Notes: a model not told the origin generated them from the sequence alone. A stretch of 64,000 nt of DNA from a bacterium (GCA_021780905.1 JAJXXW010000093.1:1559-65558); one strand, 5' to 3'; shown: positions 45,949-53,721, counted from the stretch's first letter. Translations and numbers: made by a program.

Positions 45949-48231
45949 CTATTTCCCATTGGGATCCTTGAAGCTGGTGAGCGTGTTTTGCAGCGCCCGC
46001 ATTTCCGCGAGCGACAGCAGAAAGGCCAGCGTGGATTCCGCACCTTGATTCTGGCTCAACCGGTCCATGTGCAAACCGTCGCGACAACCGCCGGTGCCCG
46101 CGTCGTAGAGCGCCAAGCCCAGATCGTTGCGGCCAAGAAACCACTCGAACGCTCGGCGCGCTTCCGCGACCCAGACCATGTCGCCCGTGGCATGATACGC
46201 TTCAATGCAGGCCGAAACCGTGGCTTGCGCCTCGATGGGTTGCTGGTCGAAGACCGCGCGTTCCTGGCCGCGCAGAAAAAATCCATTGGAACCGACAGGC
46301 CGGAATGAGCCGGCATCCGAGGTTTGAATTTTGGTCAGCCAGCGCAACGCTTTGATCCCGGTGTCCAGCAGCGGCGCGGCATTCAGACAGCGCCCGCTTA
46401 AAATCAGCGCGTGTGGCAGCTTGGCGTTCGCATACGAAACCACTTCTTCAAACCAGTGCCAGTCGTCGCGTGCAGTGTCGCCGTAGCTCTGCATCAGCCG
46501 CGTCGTAAGCGTTTCGCGAATGTGGTTCGCGCGTCGGTCGCCGCTGAACCGTCGCAGATATTCGTCAATGCCGATGAGCGTGAAGGCCCACGCGCGCGGC
46601 GACGAAAATTCGGCGGCCACCGGCAGCGCCTGCTCGAAGAGTTGCGCCGCGAGCATTTGAAAACTTCCCTGACCGGCCTGCGACACGCACAAGCCCAGCG
46701 CCCACAACGCATGGCCCTGGCAATCCTCCGAGCCGACTTCCTCCAGCCAACGCCGTTCGAAGCTCATGAAATTGCGGAAGCGTCCGCGCTGGCGGTCGAA
46801 GGCGTGGTTGAGAAACGCCGCATAAGTCGCAGCCCGCGTGCCAAGACACGGCGAACCATGCCCCAGCTTTTGCAGCAACAACGCCAACACCAGGGCGCGG
46901 GCGTTGTCGTCCGTGCAATAGCCTTCGGCAAAGTTCGGCACGGTGAAGCTCGCGTGTTGGAAAATCCCGGTTGAGTCGCTCATGCGAAACAGGTGATCCA
47001 GTTTTAGTTCTGGCAATTGCCCGGGCGATTCGTCGAGCGTTTTAATAGGCGAAGATTTTCTGCCGACGAAACTGTGGTCGTGCCGCGCCTGTTCGAAAGA
47101 TTTTGCGTAGAGCTGGGCCACGCGGCTCCAGATCATGTCACGGCCAATCTTGTAGGCGTTCTTGCGCATCAAATGACGCAACGGTTCGTCGCGCAGCAGC
47201 TCGACGACCGCGACCGCGATGGCCTTGGCGTCGCGGAACGGCACGAGTTTGCCGCGCTCCGCTGCGAGCATTTCCGTCGCGTGCCAGTAAGGCGTGGATA
47301 CGACGGCATTGCCGTTGCCGAACGCATACGCCAGCGTGCCCGAAGTAATTTGCGTTTCGGTCAAATACGGCGTCAGGTAAATATCCGCCGCGCCGATGAA
47401 GCGCATCAGTTCTTCCAGTTCGACGAAGCGGTTGAAGAACACCACGTTTTTTTGCACGCCGAGGTCTTTCGCCAACCGCTCCAAACTCAAGCGGTAAGCC
47501 TCGCCTTCGTGGCGCAGCAGATTCGGATGCGTCTGCCCGACCACGATATAGACGATGTTGGGAAATTCGCGGATGATTTCCGGCAGCGCCCGCAGCGCAT
47601 ATTCGATGCCCTTGTTCGGCGACAACAAACCGAACGTGAGCAGCACCTGTTTGCCCGCCACGCCGAATTCGTCCTTGAAATAATTTGGGTCGGCGAACGG
47701 CATATCGGGAATGCCGTGCGGAATGAGGTCAATTTTATTTTCCGGAGCGTGATAAACTTCGCGCAGAAATTCCTTGCCGCGCTCGCTCATCACAATCAGG
47801 CGCGTCGAAAGCCGGATCAATTCGCGCATCACGCGGCGCTGTTCGTCGTTTGGTTCGCGCAGGACCGTGTGCAGCGTAGTGACGATGGGCATTTGCAATT
47901 CGCGCAGCAGCGCCAGCACATGGCTGCCCGCCGGCCCGCCGAAAATGCCAAACTCATGTTCCACGCACACCACGTCCACATCCGTGATGTTCAGAAAATC
48001 CGCCGCGCGCAAATATGAAGTCAGGTCTTGCTCGGCGATTTCAAAACGCACTTCTGCCGGGTAATTGTAGCCCTCTGCGAGATCATTGACCGGCACAACG
48101 AGACATTGCAGTTGTGGAAATTCCTTTGCCACGGCGCAACGCAAGTCGGTGGTGAACGTGGCAATGCCACATTTTCTCGGCAGATAGTCGCCGAGAAAGG
48201 CGACCTTGCGAATGGGAGCGGCGAACTGCAT
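45949..48231 (-). CDS. GT4-family glycosyltransferase with large C-terminal domain
   Basis: N-terminal 400 aa resemble glycosyl transferase group 1 (..FGLLSPNKGIEYAL.., ..SERGKEF..). A further 350-aa C-terminal domain of unknown function follows. Confidence 0.75.
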   Translation of the reverse strand: MQFAAPIRKVAFLGDYLPRKCGIATFTTDLRCAVAKEFPQLQCLVVPVNDLAEGYNYPAEVRFEIAEQDLTSYLRAADFLNITDVDVVCVEHEFGIFGGPAGSHVLALLRELQMPIVTTLHTVLREPNDEQRRVMRELIRLSTRLIVMSERGKEFLREVYHAPENKIDLIPHGIPDMPFADPNYFKDEFGVAGKQVLLTFGLLSPNKGIEYALRALPEIIREFPNIVYIVVGQTHPNLLRHEGEAYRLSLERLAKDLGVQKNVVFFNRFVELEELMRFIGAADIYLTPYLTETQITSGTLAYAFGNGNAVVSTPYWHATEMLAAERGKLVPFRDAKAIAVAVVELLRDEPLRHLMRKNAYKIGRDMIWSRVAQLYAKSFEQARHDHSFVGRKSSPIKTLDESPGQLPELKLDHLFRMSDSTGIFQHASFTVPNFAEGYCTDDNARALVLALLLQKLGHGSPCLGTRAATYAAFLNHAFDRQRGRFRNFMSFERRWLEEVGSEDCQGHALWALGLCVSQAGQGSFQMLAAQLFEQALPVAAEFSSPRAWAFTLIGIDEYLRRFSGDRRANHIRETLTTRLMQSYGDTARDDWHWFEEVVSYANAKLPHALILSGRCLNAAPLLDTGIKALRWLTKIQTSDAGSFRPVGSNGFFLRGQERAVFDQQPIEAQATVSACIEAYHATGDMVWVAEARRAFEWFLGRNDLGLALYDAGTGGCRDGLHMDRLSQNQGAESTLAFLLSLAEMRALQNTLTSFKDPNGK

Positions 48232-48234
48232 GGA

Positions 48235-48462
48235 TCATTTCTGGACCGGCGGAGTGTGGTCATTACCACTGGCCGACACAATCGCGGCGGCTTTCAACAA
48301 GCCCTTGGATTTCTGCTGCCAGACTTTGGCTTCCGCCTCATTCTTTTCCTTCTCGGAGGATTCGCCGGTCAAAGATTCTTCAATGATGTCTTTCGCGACA
48401 GTCGCGCAGACTTTTGCCTTTTGCTGCATCGCTTCGGAAAGCTTGGTGGGTTCGGGGTTCAT
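48235..48462 (-). CDS. small hydrophilic protein
   Basis: 75 aa from ATG 48462, which overlaps the upstream stop (ATGA). Ends 3 nt before the GT start. Confidence 0.4.
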   Translation of the reverse strand: MNPEPTKLSEAMQQKAKVCATVAKDIIEESLTGESSEKEKNEAEAKVWQQKSKGLLKAAAIVSASGNDHTPPVQK

Positions 48463-48755
48463 GTCTGGTGGCTTGGTTTGGGCGGCGAACGGAATTCCGA
48501 CCAGAGCGAGCCGGCGAGCTGCACGCCTTTGAGGATGGATTCCAGCCACGATGTTATTTTAACGGCGGGCTGTCGTAGCTTCACCAGTTCGGAAACCAGC
48601 ACTACGGACGCGGACGCCAGGAAACGGAGGGTGGCCGTCTGCTGCGCCAGCTCGTTCGCTTCGCCCGCCAGCGTCTGCCAGTCTTGAGCCAGTTGGGCGC
48701 GGTTGAGTTCGCTTTCCGCAATCAACAGTTGTTTGCGCGAGGCGAGCGGGTTCAT
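48459..48755 (-). CDS. YqjK-like small protein
   Basis: MNPLASRKQLLIAESELNRAQL.. then a hydrophobic segment. Occupies the third position after the DUF883 and DUF1469-like genes, as in E. coli yqjD-yqjE-yqjK. ATGA overlaps on both sides. Confidence 0.45.
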   Translation of the reverse strand: MNPLASRKQLLIAESELNRAQLAQDWQTLAGEANELAQQTATLRFLASASVVLVSELVKLRQPAVKITSWLESILKGVQLAGSLWSEFRSPPKPSHQT

Positions 48756-49138
48756 GCGAGAAAATTTCCCAGGCAAGCGCGGTCTTTGCGCAGTTGATCC
48801 AGCGAGGCGGAAAGCGTCTGCCAGTTACGGAGCAAACCCGTCAGCCGCTGATAAAGAAAAATTCCGGCGGCGGCGTAGATGCCGGTCAAAATCAGCAGCA
48901 CAGCCACGGGCGAATATGCCTAAAGTAAAACCGCGATGGCGGTTGTGAGCGCGATGCCGGCGAGCAGGCCGAACGCAGCCACGCCGAGCGCCAGCAGGAA
49001 CGCGTGCAGGATTCGCTCGCGCTCCTCCTGCACCCTCACCGCCAGCAATTCCAGCCGGTTTTCGCCGATGGTCGCCAGTCGCCGCACGAATTTTTTCGAG
49101 GTTGTGGCCAACTGCCGCAAGCTGGTGGAGTTTTCCAT
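48752..49138 (-). pseudogene. YqjE / Holin-X (DUF1469)-like membrane protein with an in-frame TAG
   Basis: 72 codons (..ENRLELLAVRVQEERERILHAFLLALGVAAFGLLAGIALTTAIAVLL), then TAG at 48920-22, then 55 in-frame codons (AYSPVAVLLILTGIYAAAGIFLYQRL..). The second stretch supplies the expected second TM helix, and its TGA overlaps the next ATG. Confidence 0.6.
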
Positions 49139-49145
49139 GGTTTTA

Positions 49146-49454
49146 TCAATCGCAATTGCGCGAGGAACAGCGGCGACCAAGGAGATAACCGATGACCGCA
49201 CCAACGCCCACGCCGATGGCGATGGCCTGATACGGATTTGCGCGAACGGTTTCGTCGGCGACCTTTGCGCCAGCAATGGCCTGGTCGCGGACGCAACCGG
49301 CAACCTCCTTGGCGCTGTCCAGCGCGGCGGCAAGACGCTTGCGCGCGGCACCGACTTTTTCCCCGGCCACATCGGCGGTGGCGGACAATAATTCGCGCGC
49401 GTCCGCCGCGAGGGTGCCGAGGTCATTACCGGCGCCTTTGATTTCTTGGTTCAT
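49146..49454 (-). CDS. DUF883 (ElaB/YqjD-like) stress-associated membrane-anchored protein
   Basis: ..LLSATADVAGEKVGAARKRLAAALDSAKE.. and C-terminal ..NPYQAIAIGVGVGAVIGYLLGRR. ATG 49454 overlaps the upstream stop. Confidence 0.8.
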   Translation of the reverse strand: MNQEIKGAGNDLGTLAADARELLSATADVAGEKVGAARKRLAAALDSAKEVAGCVRDQAIAGAKVADETVRANPYQAIAIGVGVGAVIGYLLGRRCSSRNCD

Positions 49455-49831
49455 AATTTTTCTGTTTTTGTTTTGTTGGTGTTTTTCAACGGTAAATTTT
49501 CCGCTTTGGCGAGGTGTTTTGCTTCCGGCGAATCCGCCACCGTCAAAATGGAATTTCTTCCGCCGAACGGATTCGGCACGGACTCGCGTGCGCGCGGATC
49601 GGGTATCCACTTGCCGTCCACGATGAAGCAATACTCGTAAGTGCCGGTGGCGAGATTGGTTTTCTTCCACCAGTTGCTGGTGCCGGAGGAATGCAGCGTC
49701 TTGGCTTCAGGTTTCCAATTATTGAAACTGCCCGCCACACAAACGGTGATGGCGGTGGGATGTTTGAACTCAAAACGAACCGGCACGAGTTGCGGGCTGG
49801 TGACGTTGTCATGATTGTGATTATGTTTCAT
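49451..49831 (-). CDS. CBM48 / AMPK-beta glycogen-binding-domain protein
   Basis: ..VRFEFKHPTAITVCVAGSFNNWKP...TGTYEYCFIVDGKWIPDP.. Confidence 0.75.
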   Translation of the reverse strand: MKHNHNHDNVTSPQLVPVRFEFKHPTAITVCVAGSFNNWKPEAKTLHSSGTSNWWKKTNLATGTYEYCFIVDGKWIPDPRARESVPNPFGGRNSILTVADSPEAKHLAKAENLPLKNTNKTKTEKL

Positions 49832-49858
49832 ATTTTTAATTTATTTGATTGCGACGGG

Positions 49859-50056
49859 TCACCGGACTTGCGGCACATGGATGTCGCCCGCATGGCCGAT
49901 GATGCCAAACACAGATAGCAGCCACACGACGACGCAGATGACGACAACGATGTTGAGGATTTTTTTGATCTTCCCGTCCATCGGGATGTAGGTGTTGACC
50001 AGCCACAAGAGCACACCGATGACAATCAGGGTGACGACGAGAGAAATTAGTGACAT
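49859..50056 (-). CDS. Thivi_2564-like small membrane protein
   Basis: 65 aa with two hydrophobic helices: MSLISLVVTLIVIGVLLWLVNTYIPMDGKIKKILNIVVVICVVVWLLSVFGI.. Confidence 0.6.
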   Translation of the reverse strand: MSLISLVVTLIVIGVLLWLVNTYIPMDGKIKKILNIVVVICVVVWLLSVFGIIGHAGDIHVPQVR

Positions 50057-50094
50057 AGGTTGCCTTGGTTTGGAGTGGATGAATTATTTTTCAT
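50047..50094 (-). CDS. candidate 15-codon leader ORF (MKNNSSTPNQGNLCH*)
   Basis: Its ATG lies 32 nt from motif site B, the same spacing as the other three sites. Its stop lies 5 nt past the ATG of the 49859-50056 gene, in another frame. Confidence 0.3.
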   Translation of the reverse strand: MKNNSSTPNQGNLCH

Positions 50095-50143
50095 GTCGTG
50101 AGATTAGGCGGAAGCGACGGCACGGACTATGGGGTGTAACCCT
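50095..50143 (-). promoter_or_regulatory. motif site B: AGGGTTACACCCCATAG-N20-TAATCT-N6-ATG
   Basis: 17-nt block 50127-50143 is identical to 41726-41742. Overlaps the stop codon of the receiver gene. Confidence 0.55.
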
Positions 50144-50657
50144 ACCGCGCAGAATCACCACCGAGCCACGTCTGCAAAGGCAAGCGATTCCAGTTTGGCG
50201 GCGGCGTGGACTCCTGACGGTCGTGGGCGTCCATGTGCAAGACGTGCTTCACCGTTTCCAGCAATTCATCGAACGAATAAGGCTTGAGCAGGACAGCCTT
50301 GATTTCCAGCCACGGATGCCGGGCCAACTGATCCTCCTGCAAGGTTCCCGTGGCCATGATGACCGGCAGCTTCATGCTGGAATCGTGAAGCCTCTTCAGC
50401 AGTTCAATGCCGGACACCTTCGGCATATCATGGTCGGTGATCAACAAATCGTAGTTGTCTAGTTGCAACGCGTCCCAGGCGGCCGCCCCGTCTTCAGCGG
50501 CGTCCACATGATAGCCGGAGGAAATCAGCACTTCAGTGTTCAGACGGCGAATGTCCGGGTCATCCTCCGCCACGAGAATGCGCTGGCATGGATTTGCTTC
50601 AAGCAAAGGTAATGCGCTGGAAAATTCTCCGGCCCGCGAAAGTTGGTTGTTCTTCAC
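50142..50657 (-). CDS. single-domain response regulator (CheY-like receiver)
   Basis: ..ILVAEDDPDIRRL...DLLITDHDMPKVSG..LPVIMATG..; GTG start. Confidence 0.8.
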   Translation of the reverse strand: MKNNQLSRAGEFSSALPLLEANPCQRILVAEDDPDIRRLNTEVLISSGYHVDAAEDGAAAWDALQLDNYDLLITDHDMPKVSGIELLKRLHDSSMKLPVIMATGTLQEDQLARHPWLEIKAVLLKPYSFDELLETVKHVLHMDAHDRQESTPPPNWNRLPLQTWLGGDSAR

Positions 50658-50711
50658 GGTGCAACTATAAGCCGCAATCCCAGGCGGCAGCTATGGGGTG
50701 TTTTCCCCATG
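50658..50711 (-). promoter_or_regulatory. motif site C: CATGGGGAAAACACCCCATAG-N21-TATAGT-N6-GTG
   Basis: 50691-50711 is a half-palindromic copy. The GTG start of the receiver gene lies 33 nt from the motif. Confidence 0.55.
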
Positions 50712-50783
50712 CCCGATTTGATGAATCCGGCCCAGAATTGATTGCAAAATGGAAACGGGAATGAGGACGAAACCTGACGCGGA

Positions 50784-51035
50784 CTAATGCCCCTTGCTTT
50801 TGGATGCCGGAGGCGGCTTGGTTTCCAGATTTTCCGTAACCACGGCAATCATCGCTTCCATCCCTTCCTGGATTTCGTTGACCTGCGGATGCACCTCCTT
50901 GATGAGGTCGTGTTCCAATTTGGTAAGTTTTTCGATGCGTTTACCCTGATCGCGCAACTGATCCAGCAGAAACTTTGTTTGATGGAAATCACCGCATCCA
51001 CCAAAAGCAAATGCCTCAACAAATCGTGCCGACAA
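50784..51035 (-). CDS. hypothetical small helical protein
   Basis: 83-aa ORF with a TTG start, between the two regulator genes. No recognised family; weak support. Confidence 0.25.
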   Translation of the reverse strand: MSARFVEAFAFGGCGDFHQTKFLLDQLRDQGKRIEKLTKLEHDLIKEVHPQVNEIQEGMEAMIAVVTENLETKPPPASKSKGH

Positions 51036-51081
51036 CCGTCATCCAGAAAGCGAGATTGTTTTCGTTCATCCCAGAACTCGC

Positions 51082-51783
51082 CTAGACAATCGTCAACTGC
51101 ACGCTGCTTTCGATGATGCCCGCGCTGATGGCGTAGCGCGTGAGTCCGGCGGTGTCGTGGATGTCCAGCTTCTGCATCAGATGCTCGCGGTGTTTCTCAA
51201 CCGTCTTGATGCCGATGCCAAGGGCGTCCGCCGTTTCCTTGTTGGCCTTGCCTTCGGCGATAAGTTGCAGAACTTCCATTTCGCGCGAAGTCAGTTGGGC
51301 AATTTTCGAGTTCAGCTTGCCCGTTTTGCTGGGCAACTGCGGATTGAGACGGTTAAAATGTCTGGCAATCGAAGGGCTGAAAAAAGTTTTCCCCGCGTGA
51401 ACTTCCCGGATCGCCCGGCAAACGTCCTGCGCGGAAGTTTGCTTCAGCAGAAAGCCCACCGCGCCGGACTCGGTGGTGTTTTGCACATACGCGTCATCAC
51501 TGTGAGCGGAGAGCATGAGCACCTTGGTGCCGGGGATGGTTTTAAGAATCTGCCGCGTCGCTTCCAGGCCATTGAGCTGGGGCATGGCAATGTCCATCAG
51601 CACCACGGCGGGCCGGAGTTTTTTGGCGAGCGCCACCGCCTGACGTCCGTCCTGCGCTTCGCCCACCACTTCAAAATCGGCTTCCAGTTCCAGCATGTTG
51701 CGAAACCCCTCGCGCACGATCATGTGGTCTTCGGCCAGCAGCACGGTGATTTCTTTCATAGGCATTTCAATGGCTGATTTCAT
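51082..51783 (-). CDS. NarL/FixJ-family response regulator (receiver + LuxR HTH)
   Basis: ..VLLAEDHMIVREG...VVLMDIAMPQLNG.. receiver, and ..LTSREMEVLQLIAEGKANKETADALGIGIKTVEKHR.. LuxR-type HTH. Confidence 0.9.
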   Translation of the reverse strand: MKSAIEMPMKEITVLLAEDHMIVREGFRNMLELEADFEVVGEAQDGRQAVALAKKLRPAVVLMDIAMPQLNGLEATRQILKTIPGTKVLMLSAHSDDAYVQNTTESGAVGFLLKQTSAQDVCRAIREVHAGKTFFSPSIARHFNRLNPQLPSKTGKLNSKIAQLTSREMEVLQLIAEGKANKETADALGIGIKTVEKHREHLMQKLDIHDTAGLTRYAISAGIIESSVQLTIV

Positions 51784-52928
51784 TGGGTTTTTCTACCCCC
51801 CCCCCCCGGTTTTCCGAACGGAATTTGCGCCGTGATGGTGGTGCCTTGGCCGGGCGCGGATTCGACGCCAAATTTGCCGCCGACCATTTCCATGCGTTCC
51901 CTCATGCCGAGCAGGCCGAGACGCTTGCCGCCATTCGCGTGCAACGTGCGTTCCACCTGAAACGATTTGCCGTCGTCCTTGATTTTCATGCAGACGCCAT
52001 CGGGCAGTTTCTGGATGCTTACTTCCACGCGGCTGGCTTGCGCGTGGCGGGCGACATTGGTGAGCGCTTCCTGGGCGACACGAAACATCACCGTGCGCCG
52101 GGCCGTATCCAATTCTTCGATGCCGGCAAACGCTTTCAAATGCGTGCGGACGCCGGTGCGCGTGGTGAAATTTTTCATGAACGAATGCAGCGCGGGAATC
52201 AGGCCGAGATCGTCCAGCACGGCCGGGCGCAGTTCGCGCGCGAACCGATGCACGATGTCCACCGATTTTTCCACCAGCCGTTGCGTGCGCGCGATGTTGC
52301 GGTCAAGACCCTTGGTGTTGATCGCGGCTTCCTTGGACAGCGCCGCGAGCCGGACGTTGATGCCGGTCAATGTCTGGGCAATAACATCGTGCAGTTCGCG
52401 GCTGATTTCCCGGCGCTCTTCTTCCTGCGCGGTGAGAATCTGCCGCGATAACTGCCGCAACTGTTCCTGCAACCGGTCCGATTGCTCCAGCAGTTCGGAA
52501 TAATGACGCTCGCTCTTTTTGAGCGCCGCCTCCGCCGCCTTGCGGTGGCTGATTTCCTGATTCAATTCCAGATTCGACGCGGCCAGTTCCACCGTGCGTC
52601 GGCTCAACGTCTCGATGATTTTTCGCAGATAGACAGCGGCATCCTGGGTGCTGGTGTGTGTCTTCTCCAGCGGAAGAATCGCCTCGGCAAAAAAACTTCC
52701 CGCCTGCTTGATGAGCGCGGCGCGTTTGCCGGCCGGGACGCCGGGCAACAACTCGGTAACGAGCGTCTGCTCATGGAGCTTGGCCAGGTCCAGCGTTTGC
52801 AGTCCGGCGGCGTGAGCCAGACCGCCGACGCTGCGCGCTGAAGCCAAGCCCGCCTGCTTGCCCTGCTTTATTTGGATGCGCAACGCGTCCTGATAGCGGC
52901 GCGACGAATTGAAATGTTTGCGTTTCAT
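51780..52928 (-). CDS. cytoplasmic sensor histidine kinase (HisKA_3 + HATPase_c)
   Basis: H-box ..EEERREISRELHDVIAQTL.. and ATPase N/G boxes (..EALTNVARHA.., ..DDGKSF.., ..GLLGMRERMEMVGG..). No TM segments. Stop overlaps the RR start (ATGA). Confidence 0.85.
   Translation of the reverse strand: MKRKHFNSSRRYQDALRIQIKQGKQAGLASARSVGGLAHAAGLQTLDLAKLHEQTLVTELLPGVPAGKRAALIKQAGSFFAEAILPLEKTHTSTQDAAVYLRKIIETLSRRTVELAASNLELNQEISHRKAAEAALKKSERHYSELLEQSDRLQEQLRQLSRQILTAQEEERREISRELHDVIAQTLTGINVRLAALSKEAAINTKGLDRNIARTQRLVEKSVDIVHRFARELRPAVLDDLGLIPALHSFMKNFTTRTGVRTHLKAFAGIEELDTARRTVMFRVAQEALTNVARHAQASRVEVSIQKLPDGVCMKIKDDGKSFQVERTLHANGGKRLGLLGMRERMEMVGGKFGVESAPGQGTTITAQIPFGKPGGGGRKTQ
51796..51807. repeat. 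12-nt homopolymeric C/G tract
   Basis: 12 consecutive C on the + strand. Encodes PGGGG in the last 9 codons of the kinase. Lies 13-24 nt upstream of the RR ATG. Confidence 0.95.
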
Positions 52929-53623
52929 GCTTTTCGAAATTCGCGGGCGGCCCGCCGCACGGAGCTGGCCGACTTGGCCACCAGCCGTTGCGTGCTGGCA
53001 ATTTCCAGCTTAAGCCCCTTTGTGTTGATCCGCGACTCCTGTTTCAAGGAGAGCAGCCGAACATTGATGCCCAGCAGGGTTTGGGCGACTTCATCCTGAA
53101 GTTCCAGGCTGATCTTTTTCCGTTCCTCCTCCTGGGCCGCCAGCACTTGATGCGTCAGTTGCCGCAAACCTTCTTGCAGGTGCAGGGAATCTTTTAACAG
53201 CTTGGTGTAATGCACCCCGCTTTTCTTGAGCGCGGCCTCCACGCGCTTGCGCCGGAGGACGCCGCGCTTCAACTGCCGGTTGGTGACGGCCAGTTCCAGC
53301 GTGCGCCGGCCGAGCGTTTCCTTCAACCGGTGCAAATCGGTTTTGTTCTGTCGCGCGGCACGATGCGTCTCCACAATCGGCGTGAGCGCTTCGGTGAAAA
53401 AAATTTCCGCCCGCTGGATAAAGCCGTTTTTACTGGTGGTTAATTCAAGTGTATTCAGCGCCCGTTCGTGAATCCGCGCCAGTTCCAATGTCTCCACGCC
53501 GAGGGCGACCGCCTGGCGTCCCAGTTCCAGTGCCGGCTGTAAACTCGCACGTGCGCCTGGTTTAAGGTGCGTCCGCAATGCCGTCGCATAACGTTGCGAC
53601 AGCTGAATTAGTTTTTGCTTCAT
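52925..53623 (-). CDS. truncated histidine-kinase paralogue (sensor + DHp only, H-box His replaced by Gln)
   Basis: Collinear with the first ~230 aa of the 51780-52928 kinase. The H-box reads ..EEERKKISLELQDEVAQTL.. Ends ..RRAAREFRKA* just after DHp helix 2, with no HATPase_c domain. Stop overlaps the kinase start (ATGA). Confidence 0.7.
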   Translation of the reverse strand: MKQKLIQLSQRYATALRTHLKPGARASLQPALELGRQAVALGVETLELARIHERALNTLELTTSKNGFIQRAEIFFTEALTPIVETHRAARQNKTDLHRLKETLGRRTLELAVTNRQLKRGVLRRKRVEAALKKSGVHYTKLLKDSLHLQEGLRQLTHQVLAAQEEERKKISLELQDEVAQTLLGINVRLLSLKQESRINTKGLKLEIASTQRLVAKSASSVRRAAREFRKA

Positions 53624-53721
53624 ATTGGCATCCTGATGGCGGCGGGAATGGGCGAAAAGCTTTAACTTTCGCGGGCGGGCCGCCAATGCAAAACAAACAT
53701 CAGATAATTTTCCCGATTTGG

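Noticed and set aside
53687-53721. Use of the palindromic motif D as the promoter of the kinase operon in the minus direction
   Set aside because: In that orientation the -10-like TTATCT lies only 14 nt from the motif, and the likely start (ATG 53623) is 98 nt away. The fixed 32-33-nt architecture seen at the four other units is therefore not reproduced. Binding for autoregulation remains possible, but a shared promoter is not supported.
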